64,000 nt of DNA from Chloroflexota bacterium (GTDB taxonomy: Bacteria > Chloroflexota > Dehalococcoidia > E44-bin15). How positions within the stretch are numbered: position 1 is the first letter of the stretch; each line of letters opens with the position of its first letter. The notes under the pieces were generated by a model. That model did no database searches and had not been told where the DNA came from. It saw nothing but the letters and a program-made list of their open reading frames with translations. This document shows, piece after piece, positions 56,501 to 64,000 of the stretch. The stretch spans positions 32,207-96,206 of the forward strand of contig JAXHUE010000002.1 of the NCBI GenBank assembly GCA_034189655.1. The letters are read 5' to 3'. A program made the translations under genes and the position numbers.

Positions 56501-59443
56501 GGCGATGCCGTAGCCGGGCGCTACGAGACCGTGGTCGTCCGCAAGGACGGGTCCAGGATGGAGATAGACTTCAGCTTGAAAGACATTACCTTTGAAGGCA
56601 GGCCGGCGGTCTCCATCGTGGCCCGGGACATCACAGAGCGCAAGCGTGCGGAGAAGGAGCTCAAGGCATCCGAGGAGAAGTATAGGGAGCTAGTAGAGAA
56701 CATCAACGATGCCTATGCCGTGGTGCGGCGCGAGAACCTGGTGTACGTGAACAAGCGCTGTGAGGACATATTCGGCTATACGGCTGGCGAGATGGTGGGC
56801 CGGAGCTTCTTCGAGATGCTGGCGCCAGAGGTGGTAGAGCAGAACCTAAAGATACTGGCGGCGAGCCTCGACGGTGGCGACCTGCCCGACCACTACGAGA
56901 CCACTGCCATAACGAAGAGCGGCCAGAGGGTAGAGATAGACGTGAGCATACACCCTATCACGTACGAGGGGAGGCCTGCCTTCTCGGTGATGGCCCGGGA
57001 TGTGAGCGACCGCAAGCGGGCCGAGGATGAGCTCAAGCAGTCGGAGGACAAGTTCCGGCACCTGGTGAACGATATGCTCGACGGCTATGTCGTGTTGCAG
57101 GATGGCACCATCAGGTTCGTCAATGCGGCGCTGGCACAGATGAGTGGCTACTCGAGCGAGGAGCTGGTGGGCCGGAGATACGACGACCTGCTTGCCGTCG
57201 ATACCTCCCCGCTGGCCAAGGACATACGCCGCAGGGTTGCCGAGGGTGTGGAGGTCATGGAGCGGTTCCGGGGCGAGATCATAAGGGAGGACGGCACCGT
57301 GCTCCCCGTGGAGGCCGGTATCAAGGGCGTAGAGTATGAAGGACGTACCGCGGTGTCGGTCGTGGTGAGGGACATCACGGAGCGCAAGCGGGCAGAGGCC
57401 GAGATAGAGCGCCGCAACCGGGAGCTGGCCGTCTTGAACGAGGTGGCCCAGGTGGTGAGCCAGTCACTGGACATAGAGAAGATACTGAGCGACACCATGG
57501 ACCTGGTGATGGACTTCATGGAGACGGAGGCGGGCTGGATAGCGCTGGTGGACAGGGACAGCAACCGCTTTCTGCCGCTGGTGAAGAGGGGGGTGCCGCC
57601 GGAGATCCTCGCCATCATGCCAGACATCACCCCCGATATGGGGCTGGCCAGCCACGCCATCAGGACGGGCCAGCCGGTGGCACTCAACGACATTCGCCAG
57701 AATAGCATAGATGAGCTCGCTAAGCCGGCGCGTCCTCTCATGGGAAAGGTAGAGTTCAAGGCGCTGGCGCACGTGCCCATAGACTCAAAGGGAGATATAA
57801 TTGCCGTCATGACACTGGGCAGCCGCACCAAGCCGTCGTTCAGTGAAGGGGAGCTGGGCCTGCTCGGCTCCATCTGCCATGAGATCGGCGTCGCCATAGA
57901 GAATGCCCGCCTCTATGACGAGATAAGGGCGAAGGCCCAGGAGCTGGAGAAGGCCAACCGGCACAAGTCTGAGTTCATGGCCAGCATGTCCCACGAGCTG
58001 CGCACGCCGTTGAACTCCATCATCGGCTTCTCCGAGCTCATGCTCGATGGCATAACCGGAGACATAAACGATGAGCAGCAGCAGTGCCTGGAGGACATCT
58101 TGACCAGCGGTAAACAGCTCCTCATCCTCATCAACGGTGTCCTCGATATCTCGAAGATAGAGGCCGGCAAGCTGGAGGTCATGCCGGAGGTCTTCGACAT
58201 CGGGGAAGTGTTCGATGAAGCGCGGAGGACGATGTCGCCACTGGTGGAGGAGAAGGTGCAGACCCTCACCATGCACATCGAAGAGGGCATGCCCCCGATG
58301 TACGCCGATAAGGGGAAGATAAAGCAGGTGCTTTTGAACCTGCTCAGCAACGCCGTCCGCTACACCAATGACGGAGGCTCCATCGCGGCCGAGGCCAGGA
58401 GGGAGGGTGACCTCTGCCGCATATCGGTCGCCGATACCGGGATAGGCATCAGGGAAAAGGACCTGGAGAACGTCTTCCAGGCCTTCACGCAAGTAGGGGA
58501 ATCGCCGCTGAAGAAGGAGGGAGGTACCGGGCTGGGGCTTGCCATCGCCAAGCAGTTCGTAGAGATAAACGGCGGCATGATATGGGTCGAGAGCGAGTAC
58601 GGCAAGGGGAGCACCTTCATCTTTACCGTGCCCATCTATCGGGCGGATATGAAGCACAGTGAAGCGAAGAGGGAGGAGATGGTGCCCACCGCTGCCGAGG
58701 GTGGCGAGAGGTGCATCATGGTGGTGGACGACGACCGCGGGGCCAGGTCGCTCATGAGGCGCTGGCTGGAGGCAGAGGGGTATAGCGTGTGCGAGGTGTC
58801 GCAGGGCGCGGAAGCTGTGGAGACGGCCAAGAGAATTCGGCCCGCGGTGGTCACGCTGGATATAATGATGCCCGGCGAGGATGGGTGGACTGTGCTGCGA
58901 AGCCTAAAGACCACCAATGAGACGCAGGATATACCGGTAGTCATCGCATCCATGGTGGAGAACAGGGAGCTGGGCTTCGCGCTGGGGGCGGTGGACTATT
59001 TCGTGAAACCGGTGGAGAAGGAGCGCTTCCTTAAGAGGCTGACTGAGCTGGGCATAGGGAAGAGAGAGCGCGTGCTGGTGGTCGATGACGAGCCCAGAGA
59101 CGTACGCCTGACATCTGCCATCCTGGAATCGGAGGGGATGGAGGTGCTCAAGGCCTACGGGGGAAAGGATGGCCTGAAGCTTGCCAGGGAGAGACAGCCC
59201 AGCCTGATAGTGCTGGACCTCCTCATGCCCGACATGGACGGCTTCGAGGTGGTGCGGCACTTGCGGGAGGACGAGAGCACACAGGACATCCCCATAGCCA
59301 TCGTGACCATGAAGGAGCTCTCCGCCGAGGAAGAGGCAGAGCTTGCGAGCCAGGTGCAGTCCGTGATGCAAAAGGCTTCCTTCGATAGGAATGCCTTCAT
59401 CGCTGAGATAAGACGTATCGAGGGGCCACCGAGAGGGGGATAG
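53501..59443 (+). CDS. Hybrid sensor histidine kinase: about 10 tandem PAS domains, GAF, HisKA, HATPase_c and two C-terminal receiver domains
   Basis: 1980 aa. Repeated PAS linker motif ERKRAEEELKxSEEKYRxLVExINDGY. HisKA H-box SHELRTPLNSIIGFSEL. G-box GTGLGLAI. Two REC domains (VVDDD...D...K). Confidence 0.9.
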   Translation: MKRGDVSKQDQGVEGRKREAKREEEVPEEGLLERVESSAEELERSEERYRELVENINDGYLVVRGRKVVFANRRCADLLGYPVRQIVGKNFADLVAEESREGAAELYKRSMSGERLSERREALLRRKDGTKVPVEMTLKDITYDGRPAVSAMFCDITERKGVERELWRRTFELGERVKELNCLYSLSNLVQRRDIALAEVFQGAVELVPPTLQYPDVACARLLIEGQEYRTGNFVDTEWRISCDVTVHGEVIGKLDVCYAEEVQKSYGGVFLPEERALLHAVCGRLGETIERRRAEGEIRASKEKYRHLLEEIHDGYLVVQGGRVVFANTRLGEILGYGPEALGRPVNEFMPEYLLGRATELRERVVSGEDISEPMETTVLTKDGAELPIEVSIKTTEYEGKLAIAVLVRDISERRRAEEMRRREEEKYRYLYEYQPAVNFIIGNDGTLVDINQAGLSTFGYTKDELVGRGVLDHVVPEERERVAQQMARAFQGEHTPGLDVDIYASDGSVHTMWFSPGHVIPADGAQQAIMLATGVDVTERKMAEEERRRAEERYRQLLEDIDDGYFVVQDGKIVFANTRCTEILGYGPEAIGESVATFVPPGQEHHIAAFGEAFSGEGEVALHDEMSVLTKDGSEVPVEIHARRALYMGRPALTVVIRDISERARAERELKASEQRYKALLEDINDGYFVVQDGVIVFGNGRLAEMFGYSLDEVLGSRLVDIALDSAKDMVALMMFAFEQGGAVPERVEITGTDPRGGGDITIEIRMSVIDYLGRPAINGIIRDITDRKRVEMALQAEKAYSQSLVHSLPDMLLTIDPEGKISYANDVMVVFTGVELEQLVGRPLGQVLQEINILDARTATLVTRRMKKRLKTGLPARGVELEMRNARGEWVKGLYSTSVIKSPSGEILGQVVVISDITDRVKAEEELKRSEEKYRRLVEDINDGYFVLRDTTILFANERMAEMMGYGLDEIVGEEFLRFLAPEAIEVPTQVHQRSMAGDAVAGRYETVVVRKDGSRMEIDFSLKDITFEGRPAVSIVARDITERKRAEKELKASEEKYRELVENINDAYAVVRRENLVYVNKRCEDIFGYTAGEMVGRSFFEMLAPEVVEQNLKILAASLDGGDLPDHYETTAITKSGQRVEIDVSIHPITYEGRPAFSVMARDVSDRKRAEDELKQSEDKFRHLVNDMLDGYVVLQDGTIRFVNAALAQMSGYSSEELVGRRYDDLLAVDTSPLAKDIRRRVAEGVEVMERFRGEIIREDGTVLPVEAGIKGVEYEGRTAVSVVVRDITERKRAEAEIERRNRELAVLNEVAQVVSQSLDIEKILSDTMDLVMDFMETEAGWIALVDRDSNRFLPLVKRGVPPEILAIMPDITPDMGLASHAIRTGQPVALNDIRQNSIDELAKPARPLMGKVEFKALAHVPIDSKGDIIAVMTLGSRTKPSFSEGELGLLGSICHEIGVAIENARLYDEIRAKAQELEKANRHKSEFMASMSHELRTPLNSIIGFSELMLDGITGDINDEQQQCLEDILTSGKQLLILINGVLDISKIEAGKLEVMPEVFDIGEVFDEARRTMSPLVEEKVQTLTMHIEEGMPPMYADKGKIKQVLLNLLSNAVRYTNDGGSIAAEARREGDLCRISVADTGIGIREKDLENVFQAFTQVGESPLKKEGGTGLGLAIAKQFVEINGGMIWVESEYGKGSTFIFTVPIYRADMKHSEAKREEMVPTAAEGGERCIMVVDDDRGARSLMRRWLEAEGYSVCEVSQGAEAVETAKRIRPAVVTLDIMMPGEDGWTVLRSLKTTNETQDIPVVIASMVENRELGFALGAVDYFVKPVEKERFLKRLTELGIGKRERVLVVDDEPRDVRLTSAILESEGMEVLKAYGGKDGLKLARERQPSLIVLDLLMPDMDGFEVVRHLREDESTQDIPIAIVTMKELSAEEEAELASQVQSVMQKASFDRNAFIAEIRRIEGPPRGG
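53630..57420 (+). repeat. Array of about 9-10 diverged tandem direct repeats (about 375-390 nt each) encoding the PAS modules
   Basis: Recurrent DNA blocks such as GAGGAGAAGTACCGC...CTGGAGGACATAAACGACGGCTACTTCGTG at 55.15, 55.53, 56.29, 56.67 and 57.05 kb. Confidence 0.6.
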
Positions 59444-59448
59444 ACTTT

Positions 59449-59835
59449 GTGGTGGAGGGACACGGTGTGAAGAAGACTATTCTGGTGGTGGAGGATAACC
59501 CCAAGAACATGAGACTTATGAGGATGATCTTGAGTGCAAACGGCTATGACGTGCTGGAGGCAACCGACGGCGAGGAGGGGCTGAAGATGGCCCAGGAGGG
59601 GAGGCCTGATCTCATCGTACTTGATATTCAGCTCCCCAAGATGGAGGGCACCGAGGTCGCAAAGCGGCTCAGGGCCATGCCGGAGTTCGACGGCATTCCC
59701 CTGATAGCGCTCACCGCCTATGCCATGAAAGGCGACCAGGAACGGATACTGGAGGCCGGTTTCGATAGCTACATGTCGAAGCCGATAGACACCCGCGAGT
59801 TACCCTCTCTAGTAGCGCAGATGCTCTCGCGGTAG
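59449..59835 (+). CDS. Single-domain CheY-like response regulator
   Basis: ILVVEDNPKN...DLIVLDIQLP...K receiver motifs. 128 aa. GTG start 6 nt after the kinase stop. Confidence 0.85.
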   Translation: MVEGHGVKKTILVVEDNPKNMRLMRMILSANGYDVLEATDGEEGLKMAQEGRPDLIVLDIQLPKMEGTEVAKRLRAMPEFDGIPLIALTAYAMKGDQERILEAGFDSYMSKPIDTRELPSLVAQMLSR

Positions 59836-59869
59836 GCCAGGCAACCGTTGCCGTCGCGGTGCGGGGCCC

Positions 59870-61099
59870 TCATTCCAGCATATGCTCCAGTATGTAGCGG
59901 TCGATGTCCTCCTCTGGTATCCCCAGCAGGTCTCTCAGTATCTCATCGTTGTGCTCGCCGAGCATGGGTGCAGACTTGTGGGTACTGCCCGGCGTGCGCG
60001 ATAGCTTTATGGTGACGCTGTCGTAGGTGGTGCGGCCGGCCTCAGCGTGGTCGAGGCGGACGTAGTGCTCCCTGGCCTTGATGTGGGGGTCATGGACCAG
60101 CAGGTCTTGGGAGGTCTGCACCACGCCAGCGGCGACACCCCCCATCTGCATCAGCATCATCACCTCCTCTGCCGTCCTCTCCGCGGTCCACTCTGCCACC
60201 AGCCGGTCCAGCTCCTCCTCGTTGGCCTTGCGGCCCAGGTGGGTGGCGAACCGCTCTTCCCTGGTCCAGGATGGGTTGCCGATGACGTTGCAGAAGGCCT
60301 GCCACTCCCCGTCGCTTGCGACGGCGATGGCGCACCAGCGGTCGTCTCCCTTGCAGGGGTAGGTGGAGTGGGGGGCGGCGTGGGGCACGCGGTTGCCCTG
60401 GCGGGTCTGCACCCTCCCGTTTACGGTGTAGTCCAGGACGGCGCTGTCCAGCGTGGCCACGGTGGACTCGTACTGGGACACCTCGATGAGCTGTCCCTTG
60501 CCCGTCTTGCGCCGGTGGCGCAGCGCCGAGACCATGGCCAGTACGGTGTGGTACGGGTTGGGGGCATAGTCCGGGTAGTTCACACCGGTGCCGATGGGGA
60601 TGCGGTCGGGGTAGCCTGAGAGATAGGTGAACCCGGTGAGCGACTGGAGCGCCACCCCGAAGCCCACGTAGTCGCGGTGCGGCCCCCACAGCCCCCACAT
60701 CGGCATCCTGACCATGATGATATCGGGCTTTACCTTCGCCACCTCTTCATAGGAGAGTCCCCAGTCCTCCATCACGTGGGGGACGAAGTTCTCGATGACG
60801 ATGTCGCTCACCTTGATGAGCCGCCTGGCTACCTCCCGCGCCTCGGCGAAGTTCATGTTCAAGGCGATGCCCTTCTTCCCGCTGTTCAAGTTGTTGGCCC
60901 AGCCGCCCACGTTGACCCCGGCCTTATCGGGCACGGTGGGCGCGGCCAGCCGCAGCGCATCGATGTGGGCAACGGACTCTATCTTGATCACCTCGGCGCC
61001 GAACTCGGCGAGGACGCGGGTGGGGATGGTGCCCGCCGCGTACCAGGTGAAGTCACATACCCTGATCCCCTCGAAGGGAAGTCTTGTCTTCCGCTCCAT
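59870..61099 (-). CDS. Family III CoA-transferase (CaiB/BaiF), subunit 2 of second tandem pair
   Basis: IRVCDFTWYAAGTIPTRVLAEFGAEVIKIE. Start at MERKTRL (ATG 61099); the track ORF has a 43-codon extension. Confidence 0.85.
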   Translation of the reverse strand: MERKTRLPFEGIRVCDFTWYAAGTIPTRVLAEFGAEVIKIESVAHIDALRLAAPTVPDKAGVNVGGWANNLNSGKKGIALNMNFAEAREVARRLIKVSDIVIENFVPHVMEDWGLSYEEVAKVKPDIIMVRMPMWGLWGPHRDYVGFGVALQSLTGFTYLSGYPDRIPIGTGVNYPDYAPNPYHTVLAMVSALRHRRKTGKGQLIEVSQYESTVATLDSAVLDYTVNGRVQTRQGNRVPHAAPHSTYPCKGDDRWCAIAVASDGEWQAFCNVIGNPSWTREERFATHLGRKANEEELDRLVAEWTAERTAEEVMMLMQMGGVAAGVVQTSQDLLVHDPHIKAREHYVRLDHAEAGRTTYDSVTIKLSRTPGSTHKSAPMLGEHNDEILRDLLGIPEEDIDRYILEHMLE

Positions 61100-61110
61100 G
61101 ACGACCTCCT

Positions 61111-62397
61111 TTATATGATGCCCCGTGAGGTGAGCAGCTCGAGCTCCTGGCGAGAGAGGCCCAGCTCCTTGTGGTATACGTCCAGGTTGTGCTCGCCCAC
61201 CAGGGGTGGTCTCCCCTTTACCTGCCATGGGGTCTCTGAGAGCCTGTAGGGAGGCCCGGCGTACTTTATGGTCACGCCCAGCTCGGGGTGGTCCACCTCG
61301 ACGAAGTAGTCGCGGTCATTCAGGTGAGGGTCGTTGACCAGGCCCGCCGGGTCGCTCACCGGGGCGCATATGAAGTGCTGGCGCTGCCCCTCCTCGTAGA
61401 GCTCGGCCACGGGGTGTGCCGCCAGGAACCTCTTGAACACCTGGTCCAGGTGTTCCATGCGCATCATCCGCTCCAGGAAGGCGTCGGTGCCGATTAAGCT
61501 CATCATGGCGGTGCGGTCGCCCACAGACTTGATGAAGTCTTGCCACTCCTCGTTCATGAGGTCTTCGGCCATGCCCTTGGAGTCCATCCACTTCACCACG
61601 TTTTCCCAGTCGATGAGGAGCAGCCACAGCATGTAGCCGTCCTTGCACTGGTAGACGTCCCTCCCCGGGACGCGGATGCCCAGTCCCCCTACCGGCGTCC
61701 CGCCGAAGCCCCAGCGCTTCCTGATCTCATTGCGCAGGTCGTAGAACTGCATCGCCGTCTCCATGGCGATGGTGGTGCACTCCTGCCGCGAGATGTCGAT
61801 GGCCTGCCCCTCGCCGCTCACGTCCCGCTCGAAGAGGGCGATGGAGATGCCGGCGGCGCCGTGGAGGGAGCCCATGTAGTGTGACTGGTAGCCGTACGTG
61901 CGGTAGGGTGCCGCATCGGGAAAGCCCCCCAGGTACATGAGACCGCCCATGGCCACGACGACGATGTCCGGGGCCTTGAAGTCGCGGAAGGGGCCGCTCT
62001 GTCCGAAGCCGCTTACGGAGCAGAAGATGAGCCCCTGGTTTATCTCCTTCAAGACGTCGTATCCCAGGCCCATCTTCGCCATGTGCCCCGGGGGGAAGCT
62101 CTCCACCAGGACATCGGCGCCCTCCACCAGCCGCTTCAAGAGCGCGCGGCCGTCTGCGGTATCGAGGTTCAGCGTGATCCCGCGCTTGCTCCGGTTCAAG
62201 GCGAAGAAGTGAAGGCTCCGCTCCGGGCCGGGGATATCGTGCACGAATGGCCCCATGCCCCGTGATAGGTCACCGCCTGGGGGCTCCACCTTGATCACGT
62301 CGGCGCCCAGCTCGGCGAGGAGCTGGCTGGTGTAGGCGCCGACGTCATCGGCGAGGTCGAGCACCCTGATGTCGCCCAGAAGTGTCTCCTGTAGCAC
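61111..62397 (-). CDS. Family III CoA-transferase (CaiB/BaiF), subunit 1 of second tandem pair
   Basis: IRVLDLADDVGAYTSQLLAELGADVIKVE. 428 aa. 11-nt spacer to the downstream paralog. Confidence 0.9.
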   Translation of the reverse strand: MLQETLLGDIRVLDLADDVGAYTSQLLAELGADVIKVEPPGGDLSRGMGPFVHDIPGPERSLHFFALNRSKRGITLNLDTADGRALLKRLVEGADVLVESFPPGHMAKMGLGYDVLKEINQGLIFCSVSGFGQSGPFRDFKAPDIVVVAMGGLMYLGGFPDAAPYRTYGYQSHYMGSLHGAAGISIALFERDVSGEGQAIDISRQECTTIAMETAMQFYDLRNEIRKRWGFGGTPVGGLGIRVPGRDVYQCKDGYMLWLLLIDWENVVKWMDSKGMAEDLMNEEWQDFIKSVGDRTAMMSLIGTDAFLERMMRMEHLDQVFKRFLAAHPVAELYEEGQRQHFICAPVSDPAGLVNDPHLNDRDYFVEVDHPELGVTIKYAGPPYRLSETPWQVKGRPPLVGEHNLDVYHKELGLSRQELELLTSRGII

Positions 62398-62779
62398 TAT
62401 CGCACCTCCGTTATGTTGGAAAGGTTATAGCTGGGGCTACCCCACAGATGAGGCAGCCACTATCGGTGGCACACGGGATATGGAAGCTGATGAGGGTGTT
62501 TCTATACCTCCCTTTCTGTGCGTAGCGTTCTTTAGATGGGCAGCATATTCGGTCGAAGCCTGGCGGCAGGTACAGTGCGGGGAAGGGGAAGAAGGCATGC
62601 GCCGTTAGTATACCACGTATAGAGTGCTTGTCAAGATACCCGGGGGAGGGCCCTCCGGGGGTGCGTGGCTCCACAGGCGTTCGCTTCTGCGGTGGAGGAG
62701 ATGGCGGGGCGTGCTCTGTGGGCCGGTCCAGGGTGTAGGTAGAGCAGCGGTCGAAATACCTCCTTCCGGCTATCACAAC

Positions 62780-62808
62780 TTGACATTTTGCGAATAAAAA
62801 ACTAGACT
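62780..62808 (+). promoter_or_regulatory. Promoter TTGACA-17-TAGACT for the GAF-LuxR regulator
   Basis: Consensus -35, 17-nt spacer, -10-like TAGACT 24 nt before the ATG. Confidence 0.45.
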
Positions 62809-62832
62809 GTAGATGTCGGCTGGAGTGGGAAG

Positions 62833-63900
62833 ATGACAGTATCAGGCAACATTCCCCGCGGCCGGGAGGTCGTACTCCAAGGTGGCGAGAGGTTCGGCCT
62901 GCCACTCCTTGAGGTGGGCAGGGCTCTCGTGTCGCTGGCCGATGTTCAAAGCCTGCTCATGCTCACCATAGCGAAGGCCGTAGAGGGCATAGAATCGGCT
63001 GACGCTGGACTGATCTGCCTCTACGATAACACACAGGGCAAGCTTATGGTGAAGGCCGCCTTCGGCTACGGCCAGGAGGTCTGGAATATATCGGCCAACC
63101 CGGAGAGGGGCGGCGCTCCAGGGATGGTGTATAAGACTCGCCGCAGCAGGATATGGTCGTCGCCCGAAGAGGTCAGCGGGCTGATAGCCAGCCTGGACAC
63201 CTGGGACCAGCAGCACCTCACAAGGGCGCGGAGGAGGCTCCCGCGTCCCACCAGCGTGGTGTGCAGCCCTCTTATGGCCAAGGACAGGTTCATCGGGTGT
63301 ATTCACCTGGAACACTACACCAACCCTGCCCCGTTTTCCATGTGCGACCTCGCACTGCTGCACTCGTTCGCAGAGCAGGTATCACTTGCCGTAGAAAACG
63401 CCATGCTCTTCAAGGAAATGCAGCGCAAAGAGACGACGTGGTCCGAGCTGCTCTACTGGCTGCTCATCGCCCGGGAGTACGAGCGAAGGCGTATCATGTC
63501 GGTGCTGGAGGACGATGTCAACCAGGTGCTGGAGGTCCTGGACGCAGAGCTGGAGGTCCCGGAGAGTGAGCTGAAAGGCCTGGCCGGGCAGCACCAGGGC
63601 ATGAGGGCGATGCGGGACAACCTGTATAAGATAGTGGACGAGATGCATAGCCTGTCACCGAGCACGAGGGTTGTGCCTCTGGGTGGAGAGGAGGAGAGCT
63701 ACGATGGTCTCACCTCAAGGGAGAAGCAGATAATCCGGCTGGTGGCGGAGGGGAGGACCAACAAAGAGATCGCCGACCTTCTGTGCATAAGTATAAGGAC
63801 CGTGCAGTCCCACCGCGCCAACATAATGGAAAAGCTCGAGATGCATGACCGCACTGAACTGGTGCGCTATGCCATTCGTAAGGGCCTTGTCACCCCTTAG
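62833..63900 (+). CDS. GAF-domain plus LuxR-type HTH transcriptional regulator
   Basis: N-terminal GAF-like region. C-terminal LTSREKQIIRLVAEGRTNKEIADLLCISIRTVQSHRANIMEKL is the LuxR/FixJ HTH signature. Confidence 0.85.
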   Translation: MTVSGNIPRGREVVLQGGERFGLPLLEVGRALVSLADVQSLLMLTIAKAVEGIESADAGLICLYDNTQGKLMVKAAFGYGQEVWNISANPERGGAPGMVYKTRRSRIWSSPEEVSGLIASLDTWDQQHLTRARRRLPRPTSVVCSPLMAKDRFIGCIHLEHYTNPAPFSMCDLALLHSFAEQVSLAVENAMLFKEMQRKETTWSELLYWLLIAREYERRRIMSVLEDDVNQVLEVLDAELEVPESELKGLAGQHQGMRAMRDNLYKIVDEMHSLSPSTRVVPLGGEEESYDGLTSREKQIIRLVAEGRTNKEIADLLCISIRTVQSHRANIMEKLEMHDRTELVRYAIRKGLVTP

Positions 63901-64000
63901 TTTACCTCAACATACATAAGACCCCTTCGATACAGGCCGTTCGGCCACGTCTCACGAAAAAATACCGTCTCCGCTGGATAGACTTTCCCTAATTTCTCTG

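Noticed and set aside
62398-62779. 380-nt non-coding gap between the CoA-transferase pair and the GAF-LuxR regulator, including a 164-aa minus-strand ORF (62411-62905)
   Set aside because: The ORF overlaps the regulator start in antisense and has no RBS or motif. The region contains no recognisable RNA motif, only a promoter-like TTGACA-17-TAGACT near its 3' end.

Overview
This is a high-GC (~65%), gene-dense bacterial chromosomal window. I count about 57 protein-coding genes and one tRNA. I found no transposases, integrases, CRISPR arrays or rRNA. The most interesting part is 42-64 kb, which reads like an accessory island for CoA-thioester metabolism and signalling; the rest (1-42 kb) is mostly housekeeping. 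The island holds two tandem pairs of family III (CaiB/BaiF) CoA-transferases (43.2-45.7 kb and 59.9-62.4 kb). Between them lie an enoyl-CoA hydratase, a nitroreductase, an MBL-fold hydrolase and a ~1380-aa fusion of two BadF/BadG/BcrA/BcrD-type ATPase domains with a DUF2229-like C-terminal domain. That fusion is the kind of ATP-driven electron-injecting activase that partners 2-hydroxyacyl-CoA dehydratases. The island is flanked or interleaved with a REC-GGDEF response regulator, a 1980-aa multi-PAS/GAF hybrid histidine kinase, a CheY-like single-domain regulator and a GAF-LuxR regulator. The kinase's 5' leader contains what I read as a GEMM-I (c-di-GMP) riboswitch aptamer followed by an intrinsic terminator. 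The housekeeping stretch (1-42 kb) holds a B12 module (N-terminal fragment of a methylmalonyl-CoA-mutase-family gene with CobA-type and PduO-type adenosyltransferases), hisH-hisA-(SAM methyltransferase)-hisF-hisI, rpmE, rplU-(small membrane protein)-rpmA, a B12-binding radical SAM protein, an 823-aa W/D-rich repeat surface protein, hsp20-lon-marC-gyrA, aspartate kinase with an apgM-like enzyme, tRNA-Pro(CGG), mazG, mnmG, an ABC-2 exporter, nadE, recA-recX-rny-ymdB and plsY. Many long ORFs in the six-frame track are antisense or extended-frame artefacts of the high GC; I rejected them. Coordinates of non-ATG starts and all RNA-structure calls are by eye and should be treated as approximate.
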